From assembly GCA_963843145.1 (NCBI GenBank), contig CAWJJC010000002.1, positions 106,432-170,431 on the forward strand: DNA of 64,000 nucleotides, written 5' to 3'. This document shows positions 49,781-61,346 of this stretch, in pieces; position 1 is the stretch's first letter; the number at the start of each line of letters is the position of its first letter. The notes under the pieces are model-generated. The model did no database searches. It was not told the DNA's origin and was given only the letters and a program-made list of their open reading frames with translations. Source of the stretch: an uncultured delta proteobacterium. Its GTDB lineage: Bacteria; Desulfobacterota; RBG-13-43-22. Both the position numbers and the translations under genes were made by a program.

Positions 49781-50950
49781 CTAATTCTCTGAAAATTGGG
49801 TGTAGAGTTCTCGGGCTAAGGCCCGCAGCCCTTCATCCGCCTTCCCGCCGCTGATGTTGGTGGCGGTGACGATGGCCAAATCGCGGTTGCGGTCGATCCA
49901 GATGTGGGCCAGGTTCATGCCGTTCGAGCCGCCGTGATACAGCAGCGGACCGGGCGCCCAGGGGACGGTGAGTTCTCCCCAGCCCAGGGCATACCGGCCC
50001 TGGGCTGGCGTGCCGGGCGCGGCCTCCTTTTTCTCCGCCATGGTGATGACCGGCGTATGGAGCCGGCGCAGGGTTTCCGGCCTGACCAGCTTCGGTTCCC
50101 GCTTTCCCTCGCCGGCGTTCCAGCCGGCCCAGCGGGCGAAGTCCAGGATCGACATATGGGCGATCCCGGCCGGACCGATAATGGCCGGGTTATCGCCGTT
50201 CGGGCCGGCGAGGAAGGCTTTCACCTTCCCATTGATCAGGGCATGACCCAGGGGAGCATCTATCCGACCGAGGGAGGCCTGGGAACCGAGGCCGGCTGTT
50301 TTTAAATTCAGCGGCCTGAAGATCTGCTCGGTAATCAACTCATCCCAGGTCTTCTTGCTGACCCGTTCGATCATGGCCCCCACAATCGTGTAGCCCATGT
50401 TCGAATAGGTAAAAGTAGTACCCGGTTTGGAGGCCAGCGGCAACCGACTCCAGCGGCCAACCAGCCAATAACGTAGTTCATCCAGGTTTCCCTCCTGGGA
50501 GATCGATTCTTTGAGCAAATTTCCAAAGGTTTCGTTGTCAACCGGCAGGCCGCCGGTGTGGGAAAGAAGCTGGGCGAGGGTCACCTTCCGGAACCCCGGG
50601 TCCATCGTTTCCGCCAATTCGGGAAAGACACCGGCCGTGGTGGAATCCCAATGAAGCTTTCCCTCTTCCACCAGCCGGGCCGCCAGCAGGGCGGTCATGG
50701 CCTTGGTATCCGAACCCAGATGGAAGCGGTCGTTTATGGTCACCGGAATATTCATCCCGGCCCGGCGTGTCCCCACCGCCCCGGCGGCCAGGATTTCTCC
50801 GTTCTTAACCACGGCCGCGGCCAGGGCCGGCAGGTCGTACCGGGAGAGGTATGGGGTGAGCGTCGTGTCGAGGGATGTTTGCGCCGGCAGAGGCCAGGGA
50901 ACCGGTAAGATGAGAAGCAGGGTGAACAAAATCAATCGAAGGCATTTCAT
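49781..50950 (-). CDS. Serine hydrolase, beta-lactamase class C-like family
   Basis: Signal peptide, FHLGSDTK (SxxK), LLSHTGG, YSN, HGGS. Confidence 0.9.
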   Translation of the reverse strand: MKCLRLILFTLLLILPVPWPLPAQTSLDTTLTPYLSRYDLPALAAAVVKNGEILAAGAVGTRRAGMNIPVTINDRFHLGSDTKAMTALLAARLVEEGKLHWDSTTAGVFPELAETMDPGFRKVTLAQLLSHTGGLPVDNETFGNLLKESISQEGNLDELRYWLVGRWSRLPLASKPGTTFTYSNMGYTIVGAMIERVSKKTWDELITEQIFRPLNLKTAGLGSQASLGRIDAPLGHALINGKVKAFLAGPNGDNPAIIGPAGIAHMSILDFARWAGWNAGEGKREPKLVRPETLRRLHTPVITMAEKKEAAPGTPAQGRYALGWGELTVPWAPGPLLYHGGSNGMNLAHIWIDRNRDLAIVTATNISGGKADEGLRALARELYTQFSEN

Positions 50951-50970
50951 TTTAGTTCTAACTCCATTCA

Positions 50971-51447
50971 TTATTGACTCAGCGCTTTGATCAGGTGGGG
51001 AAGCAGAAAACCGATCAAAAACAAGGCCATGACCGGACGCAGTAAGTTGACCGTTTTCAGGTTCCTTTCCCTGATGGCGGTGGCGGCATGATTGGCCGCC
51101 GAAAAAGTGAAGAACAGCAACATGGCGGTGACGATGGTAGCCTCCGCATAGCGTCCCCAATCCAGCAGATAAACGAGCAAAGCCGTGATGGCTGTGGCCG
51201 CATTGGCCAGACCCGATTGAATTTGATAGGCCCGATTGGGTTTATAGCCAATCTTTTCGGAGGCGGCTTCCCCTAAGAACAGGGATTCAAAGGCCACTGT
51301 GCCGGACATGAACATGACGATGAAGGGCCCGATAATGTGAAATCGGGCTATCGCGTCCCGCCCCCAATAGTAGGCGAAAAAAATGGCCAGCCCGATGCCG
51401 GCCGGCCGGAGCCACTCCATCAGCATTGCCAGGTTTTTCTTAGTCAT
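50971..51447 (-). CDS. Four-TM membrane protein (DUF6790-like), copy 1
   Basis: Hydrophobic helices, A..IGY...YQ.Q.GLAN, AANH..AIRE.N. Confidence 0.7.
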   Translation of the reverse strand: MTKKNLAMLMEWLRPAGIGLAIFFAYYWGRDAIARFHIIGPFIVMFMSGTVAFESLFLGEAASEKIGYKPNRAYQIQSGLANAATAITALLVYLLDWGRYAEATIVTAMLLFFTFSAANHAATAIRERNLKTVNLLRPVMALFLIGFLLPHLIKALSQ

Positions 51448-51797
51448 TCCGCTTCGCTTTCTCGATCATCGCTACCCTTTAGTAATTTATGTTGTTAGAC
51501 CCGGTCTCGTCTTCCAAATTTATCTTATCCTACTTAAACCATTTTTTATGTCAACAACGGAAGAGGGTTTGCCCGTTCCGCAAAGATTTTCTTGCCTTGC
51601 CTTTGAGCAAGCAAGAAGGTAAGATTTTTCCCGAGATTAATCCGAGGATTCAGCGCCACCATTTAAACAAAGGGAACTTTAAATTCGAAATCCGGACTTC
51701 GAATTCAATCCAATAGTTCAAACAAGCCGGAATCTTAAAAAGGCTCTAATTGAAACCCAGGCGGACCTATAGCCACCAGTCGAAATAACCCTCAAAA

Positions 51798-54700
51798 ATG
51801 ATTTCATCGGATCTGGAAGTCCTCTCCGAAGAGGCGAAAAAAAAATCTTCCCGTTCTCTGCCCACTGCAACGATAGCAGGCCTTCTGTTGGCGACAGTCC
51901 TGCTGATCCTGCTGTCGGTCGGGGTGGAAAAGAAGACCGTTCTCCTCTGGCAAATCGGGAAGCCGGATCAAGACAACCGGGAATTCGCGCTGGCCGCCAA
52001 GGATTACGGCCGTTATCAGGAAGACGGGCTATTTGTCGTCGGCCAGTCCGACAGCCGGACCGACTGGCCTTATGTCCAGCCCGGTCCCGGAGACGATTTC
52101 GGGGGAAGGCACCCCCACACGTTTTCCATCTGGTTTGGCGTCAAGAATCCGGAGGCGGCGGGTTCGTGTAAACTCAAGTTCAGGTTGCTGGACCGGGCGA
52201 GGGTCAACCCGCCGAGGCTCCGGGTGGAAATTAATGGCTGGGGTTATGAAATCCTCCTGCCTCCCGGCGCCGGAGACCTGTCCATCAACGGCCGGCCCGA
52301 GCAGGGTTATCTTTACCTGTTTGAAATCCCCTTTGCTGCCGGCCGGCTTCAAGTCGGCGACAATGTCATTCGGATCACCACGGTCTCCGGGAGTTGGTTG
52401 CTCTATGACTGGATCGGGTTGGAGGCGTCCCCGCAACTCCAATCCATCCCGGTGGCCAACCGCACCTGGATTAAGGCGGTCCAGCCCCTGCCCGTCCTGC
52501 AGGAACGGAACGGCCGGTCCTGGCAACGGATCCGTCTTCAGGTCCGGCATTTCGGTAATCCCCTGGAGACCCTCATCCGGGTGGAGGGAAACGAACCCCA
52601 AGCGGCATTGTTCCGGAAGGTGTCCGAAACGGTAGAAGTGCCGGTCGCGGCCGTCAAACGGGAAACGAGTCTGCGGGTGGGTATCGAAGCCGCCGGACGG
52701 CTGTTAGCTACGGCCGGGGTGATCCTGAAACCGGTTCGCCCGCTGACGATTTACCTTCTGCCCCATTCCCATACCGATATCGGCTATACCGCCCTTCAGA
52801 CCGAGATCGAAGCTCGACAGGTGAACAACCTCCGTCAGGGGATGGAAACCGCGCGAAAAACAGCCTCCTATCCTCCCGGTGCCCGGTTCATCTGGAATGT
52901 GGAGGTCCTCTGGGCCGCGGATTTGTATCTCCGCCGGATGAATTTCTCCCAAAAGGCTGCTTTTGAGGAAGCGGTCAGGAAAGGGCAGGTGGCCCTCAAC
53001 GGGATGTACCTGAACGAATTGACCGGGCTCTGCCGACCGGAGGAACTGCTGCGGCTGTTTCGCTTTTCCACCCAATTGGCCGCCCGCTGCGGCGTTCGGA
53101 TTGATTCGGCCATGACCAGCGATGTCCCCGGTCAAACCTGGGGAACGGTAACCGCCATGGCTCAGGCCGGCATCAAGTATTTTTCCACGGCCCCCAACTA
53201 TTTCGACCGCATCGGGAATATTTTGGAGCAGTGGGAAGACCGCCCCTTCTATTGGGTTTCCCCCTCGGGGAAGGAGAAGGTCCTGGTCTGGATCCCCTAT
53301 GAGGGCTATGCCCTATCCCACCTGGAAGAAAAAATGAGCCCGAAATTTGTCGAGAGGTATCTGGCTCATCTGGAAAAAACGGGCTATCCTTATGAACTGG
53401 CCCACTTGCGCTGGAGCGGGCTGGGCGATAACGCTCCCCCCGACGCCTCCATCTGCGATTTTGTGAAAGACTGGAATGCCAGGAACACCTGGCCCCGATT
53501 CGTTATCGCCTCAACCCGGGAGGCCTTTAAGAACTTTGAGCGGCGCTACGGCAACCAAATCCCTCGACTAGCTGGGGACTGGACCCCTTATTGGGAAGAC
53601 GGCGCCGGCTCTTCCGCCCTGGAAACGGCGCTTAACCGCAATAGTTCCGACCGCCTCACTCAGGCCGAGGCCTTGTGGGCTCTTTCCCATCCTCGAGGAT
53701 ATCCGGTCGTTGACTTCGAAGAGGCCTGGCGCCAGGTCTTACTTTACTCCGAACACTCCTGGGGCGCCATGGACAGCGTGACCGCTCCGGAGGCCCCCAT
53801 GACCCGGGAGCAGTGGAGGATCAAACAATCCTACGCGCGTCAGGCCGACCGACAATCCAGGGACTTGTTGGCGCGAGCCCTGGAAAAGAGGGGAGGCGAA
53901 ATTCGGCCCAACGACTCGAAGAGGCCGCAGTTCGCGGAGAATTCCAAAATGGTCGGGCCGGAAGTCGATGTCTTCAACACCACCTCCTGGCCGCGTACGG
54001 AACTGGTTTTCCTGCCCCGGGAAATTTCCGCCGGCGGGGACCGGGTTTCCGATCTCCAAGGACGGCCGGTTCCTTCCCAACGGCTGACCAACGGTGATCT
54101 GGCCTTTCTCGCCCGCGAGGTGCCAGCTTTCGGGGGAAAACGGTTTCGGCTTTCGGCGGGGGCCCCCTTTCGGGAGGGAAAGGTCACAGCGGAGGGGACG
54201 GTCCTGGACAATGGCATTTTACGCCTTCGAGTCGATGAACGAACCGGGGGGATCGTGGATTTGAGGACCCCTTCGATCTTAGGCAACCTGGTTGATACCG
54301 CTTCCGGTCAGGCCCTGAACGACTACCTCTACCTTAGAGGAAACAATCTTGCCGACTTGAAGCGTAACGGGTCGGTCAAAATAACCGTCAAGGAACCCGG
54401 ACCGCTCCTGGCTTCCCTGCTGATCGAGTCCGAGGCCCCGGGATGTAACAGGTTGCTCCGGGAAATACGCTTGAGCGCCGGCTCGGATAATCTGGAGTTG
54501 ATCAACACGGTAGACAAAAAGCGTCTGGAGGCCAAGAATTATCTGGAACCCCGGGGGAAGGAGAGCGTCAATTTCGCCTTCCCCTTTAACGTTCCCCAGG
54601 GGCAGATGCGGATCGATTTGCCTCTGGCGGTCATGAGACCGGAAATCGATCAGTTGGCCGGATCCTGCAAGAACTGGCTCACCGTGGGCCGATGGGTGGA

Positions 54701-55292
54701 TATTTCCAACAGTCAATACGGGATCACCTGGGTTACCCGAGACGCCCCGCTGATCCAGGTGGGCGGTCTGACCGCGACCTTACTCAACTCCCAGACCAAT
54801 CCCCGAGTCTGGCGGAAGAAGATCGAGCCTACCCAGAAATTTTACGCCTGGGTGATGAATAATCACTGGGGTACGAATTACCGCGCCTATCAGGAAGGAC
54901 CGGTGACCTTTCGTTTCCTCCTCCGCCCCCACGGGCCTTCCAATCCGGCCGAGTCCTCCCGCCTGGCCATCGGCTTCAGTCAGCCCCTCCTGGTCACTCT
55001 GTCCCGGAGCGATACCCCTCCGGAGCGCGCGCCCTTACTCCAGGCGTCCTCCAAGGAAGTGCTGATCACGTCCTTGAAACCGAGCGACGACGGCCGGGCA
55101 TTGATGGTCCGGCTTTTCGGGGCCGCCGGTCGGACAGTCAGGACGACCCTGGTCTGGGCCCGGGGGAGACCGGAAAAACTCTGGCTGAGCGATAGCAGCG
55201 AAAAACCCGGGAGGCGCATGGAAGGCCCGATTGAGGTACCCGGCTATGGCTTAGTAACCCTAAGGGCGGAGTGGCGGTCTTATCTAAAATAA
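51798..55292 (+). CDS. Glycoside hydrolase family 38-like protein with N-terminal rhamnogalacturonan-lyase domain III/CBM-like module, copy 1
   Basis: TM anchor, LWQIGKPD...EFAL..YDWIGL module, HSHTDIGY, DVPG, GDN, EHSWG, NNHWGTNY. Confidence 0.8.
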   Translation: MISSDLEVLSEEAKKKSSRSLPTATIAGLLLATVLLILLSVGVEKKTVLLWQIGKPDQDNREFALAAKDYGRYQEDGLFVVGQSDSRTDWPYVQPGPGDDFGGRHPHTFSIWFGVKNPEAAGSCKLKFRLLDRARVNPPRLRVEINGWGYEILLPPGAGDLSINGRPEQGYLYLFEIPFAAGRLQVGDNVIRITTVSGSWLLYDWIGLEASPQLQSIPVANRTWIKAVQPLPVLQERNGRSWQRIRLQVRHFGNPLETLIRVEGNEPQAALFRKVSETVEVPVAAVKRETSLRVGIEAAGRLLATAGVILKPVRPLTIYLLPHSHTDIGYTALQTEIEARQVNNLRQGMETARKTASYPPGARFIWNVEVLWAADLYLRRMNFSQKAAFEEAVRKGQVALNGMYLNELTGLCRPEELLRLFRFSTQLAARCGVRIDSAMTSDVPGQTWGTVTAMAQAGIKYFSTAPNYFDRIGNILEQWEDRPFYWVSPSGKEKVLVWIPYEGYALSHLEEKMSPKFVERYLAHLEKTGYPYELAHLRWSGLGDNAPPDASICDFVKDWNARNTWPRFVIASTREAFKNFERRYGNQIPRLAGDWTPYWEDGAGSSALETALNRNSSDRLTQAEALWALSHPRGYPVVDFEEAWRQVLLYSEHSWGAMDSVTAPEAPMTREQWRIKQSYARQADRQSRDLLARALEKRGGEIRPNDSKRPQFAENSKMVGPEVDVFNTTSWPRTELVFLPREISAGGDRVSDLQGRPVPSQRLTNGDLAFLAREVPAFGGKRFRLSAGAPFREGKVTAEGTVLDNGILRLRVDERTGGIVDLRTPSILGNLVDTASGQALNDYLYLRGNNLADLKRNGSVKITVKEPGPLLASLLIESEAPGCNRLLREIRLSAGSDNLELINTVDKKRLEAKNYLEPRGKESVNFAFPFNVPQGQMRIDLPLAVMRPEIDQLAGSCKNWLTVGRWVDISNSQYGITWVTRDAPLIQVGGLTATLLNSQTNPRVWRKKIEPTQKFYAWVMNNHWGTNYRAYQEGPVTFRFLLRPHGPSNPAESSRLAIGFSQPLLVTLSRSDTPPERAPLLQASSKEVLITSLKPSDDGRALMVRLFGAAGRTVRTTLVWARGRPEKLWLSDSSEKPGRRMEGPIEVPGYGLVTLRAEWRSYLK

Positions 55293-55322
55293 ACGAAGGT
55301 CGAACGGCTATTCTGAAATGCG

Positions 55323-55355
55323 AAAAAGGGGTTAGCGTTTTAGGCTAACCCCTTG
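55323..55355. terminator. Hairpin next to tRNA fragment
   Basis: AAGGGGTTAGC-GTTTTAG-GCTAACCCCTT. Confidence 0.7.
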
Positions 55356-55361
55356 ATTACT

Positions 55362-55406
55362 TGGTTGGCGATGAGAGATTTGAACTCTTGACTTCCGCTG
55401 TGTGAG
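55362..55406 (-). mobile_element. Degenerate 3' half of tRNA-Val (att-like site)
   Basis: TGGTTGGCGATGAGAGATTTGAACTCTTGACTTCCGCTGTGTGAG aligns with 60313-60357, from CCA to the anticodon loop. Confidence 0.8.
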
Positions 55407-55542
55407 CTTGAAAAGGGCACTTAACTAGGGGGAACTGGAGGCACCAAAAGGCAAAGAATGCAGAGGCCAAGGAAACGACAAGACGAGGAGTACGGTGAAG
55501 AAGATCAATCGCCGGCCATTCATTGGATGCTTACCTCCATCA

Positions 55543-56019
55543 TTATTGGTTCAGCGCTTTGATCAGGTGGGGAAGCAGAAAACCGATCAAAAACAACGCC
55601 ATGACCGGACGCAGTAAGTTGACCGGTTTCAGGTTCTTTTCCCTGATGGCTGTGGCGGCATGATTGGCCGCCGAAAAAGTGAAGAACAGCAACATGGCGG
55701 TGACGATGGTAGCTTCCGCATAGCGTCCCCAATCCAGCAGATAAACGAGCAAAGCCGTGATGGCTGTGGCCGCATTGGCCAGACCCGATTGAATTTGATA
55801 GGCCCGATTGGGTTTGTAGCCAATCTTTTCGGAGGCGGCTTCCCCTAAGAACAGCGATTCAAAGGCCACCGTGCCGGACATGAACATGACGATGAAGGGC
55901 CCGATAATGTGAAATCGGGCTATCGCGTCCCGCCCCCAATAGTAAGCGAAAAAAATGGCCAGCCCGATGCCGGCCGGCCGGAGCCACTCCATCAGCATTG
56001 CCAGGTTTTTCTTAGTCAT
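55543..56019 (-). CDS. Four-TM membrane protein (DUF6790-like), copy 2
   Basis: Nearly identical to 50971-51447. Confidence 0.7.
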   Translation of the reverse strand: MTKKNLAMLMEWLRPAGIGLAIFFAYYWGRDAIARFHIIGPFIVMFMSGTVAFESLFLGEAASEKIGYKPNRAYQIQSGLANAATAITALLVYLLDWGRYAEATIVTAMLLFFTFSAANHAATAIREKNLKPVNLLRPVMALFLIGFLLPHLIKALNQ

Positions 56020-56369
56020 TCCGCTTCGCTTTCTCGATCATCGCTACTCTTTGGTAATTTATGTTGTTAGACCCGGTCTCGTCTTCCAAATTTATCATAT
56101 CCTACTTAAACCATTTTTTATGTCAACAACGGAAGAGGGTTTGCCCGTTCCGCAAAGATTTTCTTGCCTTGCCTTTGAGCAAGCAAGAAGGTAAGATTTT
56201 TCCCAAGATTAATCCGAGGATTCAGCGCCCCCATTTAAACAAAGGGAACTTTAAATTCGAAATCCGGACTTCGAATTCAATCCAATAGTTCAAACAAGCC
56301 AGAATCTTAAAAAGGCTCTAATTGAAACCCAGGCGGACCTATAGCCACCAGCCGAGATAACCCTCAATA

Positions 56370-59300
56370 ATGATTTCATCGGATCTGGAAGTCCTCTCCG
56401 GAGAGGCGAAAGAAAAATCTTCCCGTTCTCTGCCCACTGCAACGATAGTAGGCCTTCTGTTGGCGGCAGTCCTGCTGATTCTGCTGTCGGTAGGGGTGGA
56501 AGAGAAGACCGTCCTGCTCTGGCAAATCGGAAAGCCGGATCAGGACGACCGGGAATTCGCGCTGGCCGCCAATGATTACAGGCGTTATCAGGAAGACGGG
56601 TTATTTGTCGTCGGCCAGTCCGACAGCAGGATTGACTGGCCCTATGTCCAGCCCGGTCCCGGAGATGATTTCGGGGGGAGGCGGTCCCATACCTTTTCCA
56701 TCTGGTTTGGCGTCAAGAATCCGGTGTCCGCGGGTTCGTGCAAACTCAAATTCAGGTTGCTGGACCGGGCGAGGGTCAACCCCCCGAGGCTCCGGGTAGA
56801 AATTAATGGCCGGGGCTATGAAGAGATCCTGCCTCCCGGCGCCGGAGACCTGTCCATCAACGGCCGGCCCGAGCAGGGCTATCCCTACCTATTTGAAATC
56901 CCCTTTAAGGCCGACCGGCTTCAAGCCGGCGACAATGTTATCCGGATCACTACCGTCTCCGGAAGCTGGCTGCTCTATGACTGGATCGGCCTGGAAGCTC
57001 CCCGGCAAATTCAATCCATCCCGGTGGCCAACCGCACCTGGATTGAGGCGGTCCAGCCCCTGCCCGTCCTACAGGAACGGAACGGCCGGTCCTGGCAACG
57101 GATCCGTTTTCATGTCCGGCACTTCGGGAATCCCCTGGAGACTCTCATCCGGGCGGAGGGAAACGAACCCCACCCAGCGCTTCTCCGGAAGGTGTCTGAA
57201 ACGGTGGAAGTGCCGGTCGCGGCCGTCAAACGGGAAACGAAGCTGCGGGTGGGTATCGAAGCTGCCGGACGGCCGTTAGACTCGGCCGGGGTAATCCTGA
57301 AACCGGTTCGCCCGCTGACGATTTACCTTCTGCCCCACTCGCATACCGATATCGGTTACACCGCCCTTCAGACCGAAATCGAAGCCCGTCAGGTGAACAA
57401 CCTCCGCCTGGGGATTGAAACCGCTCGAAAAACGGCTCATTATCCTCCCGGTGCCCGGTTTATCTGGAATGTGGAGGTCCTCTGGGCCGCGGATTTGTAT
57501 CTCCGCAGGATGAATTCCTCCCAAAAGGCTGTTTTTGAGGAAGGGGTCAGGAAAGGGCAGGTGGCCCTCAACGGGATGTACCTGAACGAATTGACCGGGC
57601 TCTGCCGACCGGAGGAACTACTGCGGCTGTTTCGTTTTTCCACCCAATTGGCCGCCCGCTGCGGCGTTCGGATTGATTCGGCCATGACCAGCGATGTCCC
57701 CGGTCAGACCTGGGGAACGGTAACCGCCATGGCTCAGGCCGGCATCAAGTATTTTTCCACGGCCCCCAATTATTTCGACCGTATCGGGAATATGTTGGAG
57801 CAGTGGGAAGACCGGCCCTTCTATTGGGTTTCCCCCTCGGGGAAGGAGAAGGTCCTGGTCTGGATCCCCTATGAGGGCTATGCCCTATCCCACCTGGAAG
57901 AAAAAATGAGCCCGAAATTTGTCGAGAGGTATCTGGCTCACCTGGAAAAAACGGACTATCCTTATGAACTGGCTTACCTGCGCTGGAGCGGGCTGGGCGA
58001 TAACGCTCCCCCCGACGCCTCCATCTGCGATTTTGTGAAAGACTGGAATGCCAGAAACACCTGGCCCCGATTCGTTATCGCCTCAACCCGGGAGGCCTTT
58101 AAGAACTTTGAGCGGCGCTACGGCAACCAAATCCCTCGACTAGCTGGGGACTGGACCCCTTATTGGGAAGACGGCGCCGGCTCTTCCGCCCTGGAAACGG
58201 CTCTTAACCGCAATAGTTCCGACCGCCTCACTCAGGCCGAGGCCTTGTGGGCCCTTTTCCATCCTCGAGGATATCCGGTCGTTGACTTCGAAGAGGCCTG
58301 GCGCCAGGTCTTGCTTTACTCCGAACACTCCTGGGGCGCCATGGACAGCGTGACCGCTCCGGAGGCCCCCATGACCCGGGAGCAGTGGAGGATCAAACAA
58401 TCCTACGCGCGTCAGGCCGACCGACAATCCAGGGACTTGTTGGCGCGAGCCCTGGAAAAGAGGGGAGGCGAAATTCGGCCCAACGACTCGAAGAGGCCGC
58501 AGTTCGCGGAGAATTCCAAAATGGTCGGGCCGGAAGTCGATGTCTTCAACACCACCTCCTGGCCGCGCACGGAACTGGTTTTCCTGCCCCGGGAAATTTC
58601 CGCCGGCGGGGACCGGGTCTCCGATCTCCAAGGACGGCCGGTTCCTTCCCAACGGCTGACCAACGGTGATCTGGCCTTTCTCGCCCGCGAGGTGCCGGCC
58701 TTCGGGGGAAAACGGTTTCGGCTTTCGGCGGGGGCCCCCTTTCGGGAGGGAAAGGTCACGGCGGAGGGGACGGTCCTGGACAATGGCATTTTACGCCTTC
58801 GAGTCGATGAACGAACCGGGGGGATCGTGGATTTGAGGACCCCTTCGATCGAAGGCAACCTGGTCGATACCGCTTCCGGTCAGGCCCTGAACGACTACCT
58901 CTACCTTAGAGGAAACAATCTTGCCGACTTGAAGCGTAACGGGTCGGTCAAGATAACCGTCAAGGAACCCGGACCGCTCCTGGCTTCCCTGCTGATCGAG
59001 TCCGAGGCCCCGGGATGTAACAGGTTGCTCCGGGAGATACGCTTGAGCGCCGGATCGGATGATCTGGAGTTGATCAATACGGTGGACAAAAAGCGTCTGG
59101 AGGCCAAGAATTATCTGGAACCCCAGGGGAAGGAGAGCGTCAATTTCGCCTTCCCCTTTAACGTTCCCCGGGGCAGATGCGGATCGATTTGCCTCTGGCG
59201 GTCATGAGGCCGGAAATCGATCAGTTGCCCGGCTCCTGCAAGAACTGGCTCACCGTGGGCCGGTGGGTGGACATTTCCAACAGTCAATACGGGATCACCT

Positions 59301-59863
59301 GGGTTACCCGGGACGCCCCGCTGATCCAGGTGGGCGGTCTGACCGCGACCTTGCTCAACTCCCAGACCAATCCCCAGGTCTGGCGAAAGAAAATCGAGCC
59401 TACCCAAAAATTTTACGCCTGGGTGATGAATAATCACTGGGGCACGAATTACCGCGCCTATCAGGAAGGACCGGTGACCTTTCGTTTCCTCCTCCGCCCC
59501 CATGGACCTTCCAATCCGGCCGAGGCCTCCCGCCTGGCCATCGGCTTCAGTCAGCCCCTCCTGGTCACTCTGTCCCGGAGCGATACCCCTCCGGAGTCGC
59601 GGGCCCTTAGTCCAGGCTTCCTCCAAGGAAGTTCTGATCACGTCCTTGAAACCCAGCGACGACGGCCGGGCTTTGATGGTCCGGCTTTTCGGGTCCGCCG
59701 GCCGGACAGTCAGGACGACCCTGGTCTGGGCCCGGGGAGACCGGAAAAACTCTGGCTGAGCGATACCAGCGAAAAACCCGGGAGGCGCATGGAAGGCCCG
59801 ATTGAGGTACCCGGCTATGGCTTAGTAACCCTGCGGGCGGAGTGGCGGCCTTATCGAAAATAA
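56370..59863 (+). pseudogene. GH38-like protein, copy 2, frameshifted in its 3' part
   Basis: Paralog of 51798-55292; missing base near 59168 and further indels at about 59598-59735. Confidence 0.8.
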
Positions 59864-60265
59864 AACGAATCTCGAATAAGGTATCTCCAAATTAAAACTT
59901 GGTGGCGGTAAGAGGCATGTGTTTTGTCGGAGAATGCCAATACTCAATAAAATCGATATCCAAATCGCCCGTTGCTATTACCACATTATAATAAGGTCGG
60001 GCAAGGATAAAATAGGCCTGGGAGGAAATAGTATTCACCGCCGGCTGAGGGTTTTCCTTACCGTTCGTTAAGCTTGCCGGTTCCTAAGCTGAAACTCCTG
60101 AACGCGCTGATTTTCGCCTTCAGCTCCTGAAGATCCGATGGTTGCTGGTGGGTGTTGGTCGGGTCACTTTCTGGGAGATGGATCTCTGCTCCGGGTTTTT
60201 CGACTGTCTGGTTGAATGGGCCTGACTTGGTTAAGGATAAAGCCGGACCGCGTCTTTCAAAAAAT

Positions 60266-60312
60266 AAAAGGGGCCCCTCCCCATATAGCGAGAGGGGCCC
60301 TTTTTATTTTTT
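60266..60312 (-). terminator. Terminator downstream of tRNA-Val
   Basis: AAAAGGGGCCCCTC..GAGGGGCCCTTTTT, bidirectional A/T runs. Confidence 0.75.
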
Positions 60313-60388
60313 TGGTGGGCGGTGAGAGATTTGAACTCTCGACTTCCACCGTGTGAGGATGGCACTCTAACCGCTGAGTTAACCGCCC
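60313..60388 (-). tRNA. tRNA-Val(CAC)
   Basis: GGGCGGT acceptor stem, anticodon arm CCATC-CTCACAC-GGTGG, GTTCAAAT T-loop, encoded CCA; 76 nt. Confidence 0.95.
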
Positions 60389-60548
60389 GGAAATAACGCT
60401 GAGCGCTTAGCGCTTAGCGGAAAAACTGAAAGAAAAGTCAATTTAACTAAAACCGTAGAAAAATTCAAGTAAAAAGAGGATCCCCGGTTGGTCTTGAATC
60501 ACCTCGCAAAAAGGCCAAAAGTGGTTTTTCGCTCGGCGGGTGATCCCA

Positions 60549-61346
60549 TCAGGGAGGACTGGATTTGCCCCCGGCTCGGGAACGGACTTTTGGCGAGTCC
60601 GCCATCTGCCGCAATTCCTGAATTTCTTCCTGGGTCAAGGCCCGGATTTTCCCCACCGGAAGCCGGCCCAGCTTCAGGGGCCCCAGAGACACCCGCTTCA
60701 AGGTCAGTACCAGGTGCCCGACGGCCTCAAACATCTTCTTGACCTGATGCTTTTCTCCTTCCCGGATAGTCACCAACAGCCAGGCTCGGTCCTCGCCGGT
60801 CTTGATCAGTTCAACGTCAGCGCGGTGTCTTCCCCCTTCCGGGAGTTGAACCCCTTCCCCCAAGCGTTCCAAGGCTTCCTTGGTGGGGAGTCCACTAACC
60901 TTAACCCGGTAGGTCTTGGGGACCTGAAAACGGGGGTGTTGAAGAATCTGGGCCAGCCGTCCGTCATTGGTCAGCAATATCAGGCCGTCGGCGTCCCAAT
61001 CGAGCCGACCGACCGGGAAGACCCGCTCCTTGATCCGGGCCCCTTTAAGAAAGTCTTTCAAGGTAGGGCGTCCCTGGGGGTCGTACAGCGTGGACAATAC
61101 CAGCCGGGGTTTATGCAGCAGATAATAGACCCTGGATTCCCGAAAAGCCAGGGGTTGGCCGTCCACCTCGATCATCTGGAGGTCGGGATCGACCTTGACT
61201 CCGAGCTGGGTGACGACCTTTCCGTCAACGGAGACCCGCCCGGCCTGGATCAGGTCCTCGGCTTTGCGACGCGAGGCCAGTCCGGCCTGAGCCAGGACCC
61301 GCTGCAGTCGCTGCTCATTCGACTTCGGTTTCGGCTTCGGTTTCAT
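60549..61346 (-). CDS. rluB: rRNA pseudouridine synthase (RluB/RsuA family)
   Basis: S4 domain RLQRVLA.AG.ASRRKAE, PVGRLD, GLILLTNDG; follows scpAB. Confidence 0.88.
   Translation of the reverse strand: MKPKPKPKSNEQRLQRVLAQAGLASRRKAEDLIQAGRVSVDGKVVTQLGVKVDPDLQMIEVDGQPLAFRESRVYYLLHKPRLVLSTLYDPQGRPTLKDFLKGARIKERVFPVGRLDWDADGLILLTNDGRLAQILQHPRFQVPKTYRVKVSGLPTKEALERLGEGVQLPEGGRHRADVELIKTGEDRAWLLVTIREGEKHQVKKMFEAVGHLVLTLKRVSLGPLKLGRLPVGKIRALTQEEIQELRQMADSPKVRSRAGGKSSPP

Larger units (their letters stand above)
50962..59869. repeat. ~4.3 kb tandem duplication (about 50962-55297 and 55535-59869)
   Basis: Membrane-protein gene, intergenic region and glycoside hydrolase gene repeated at an offset of about 4572 nt. 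Confidence 0.95.
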
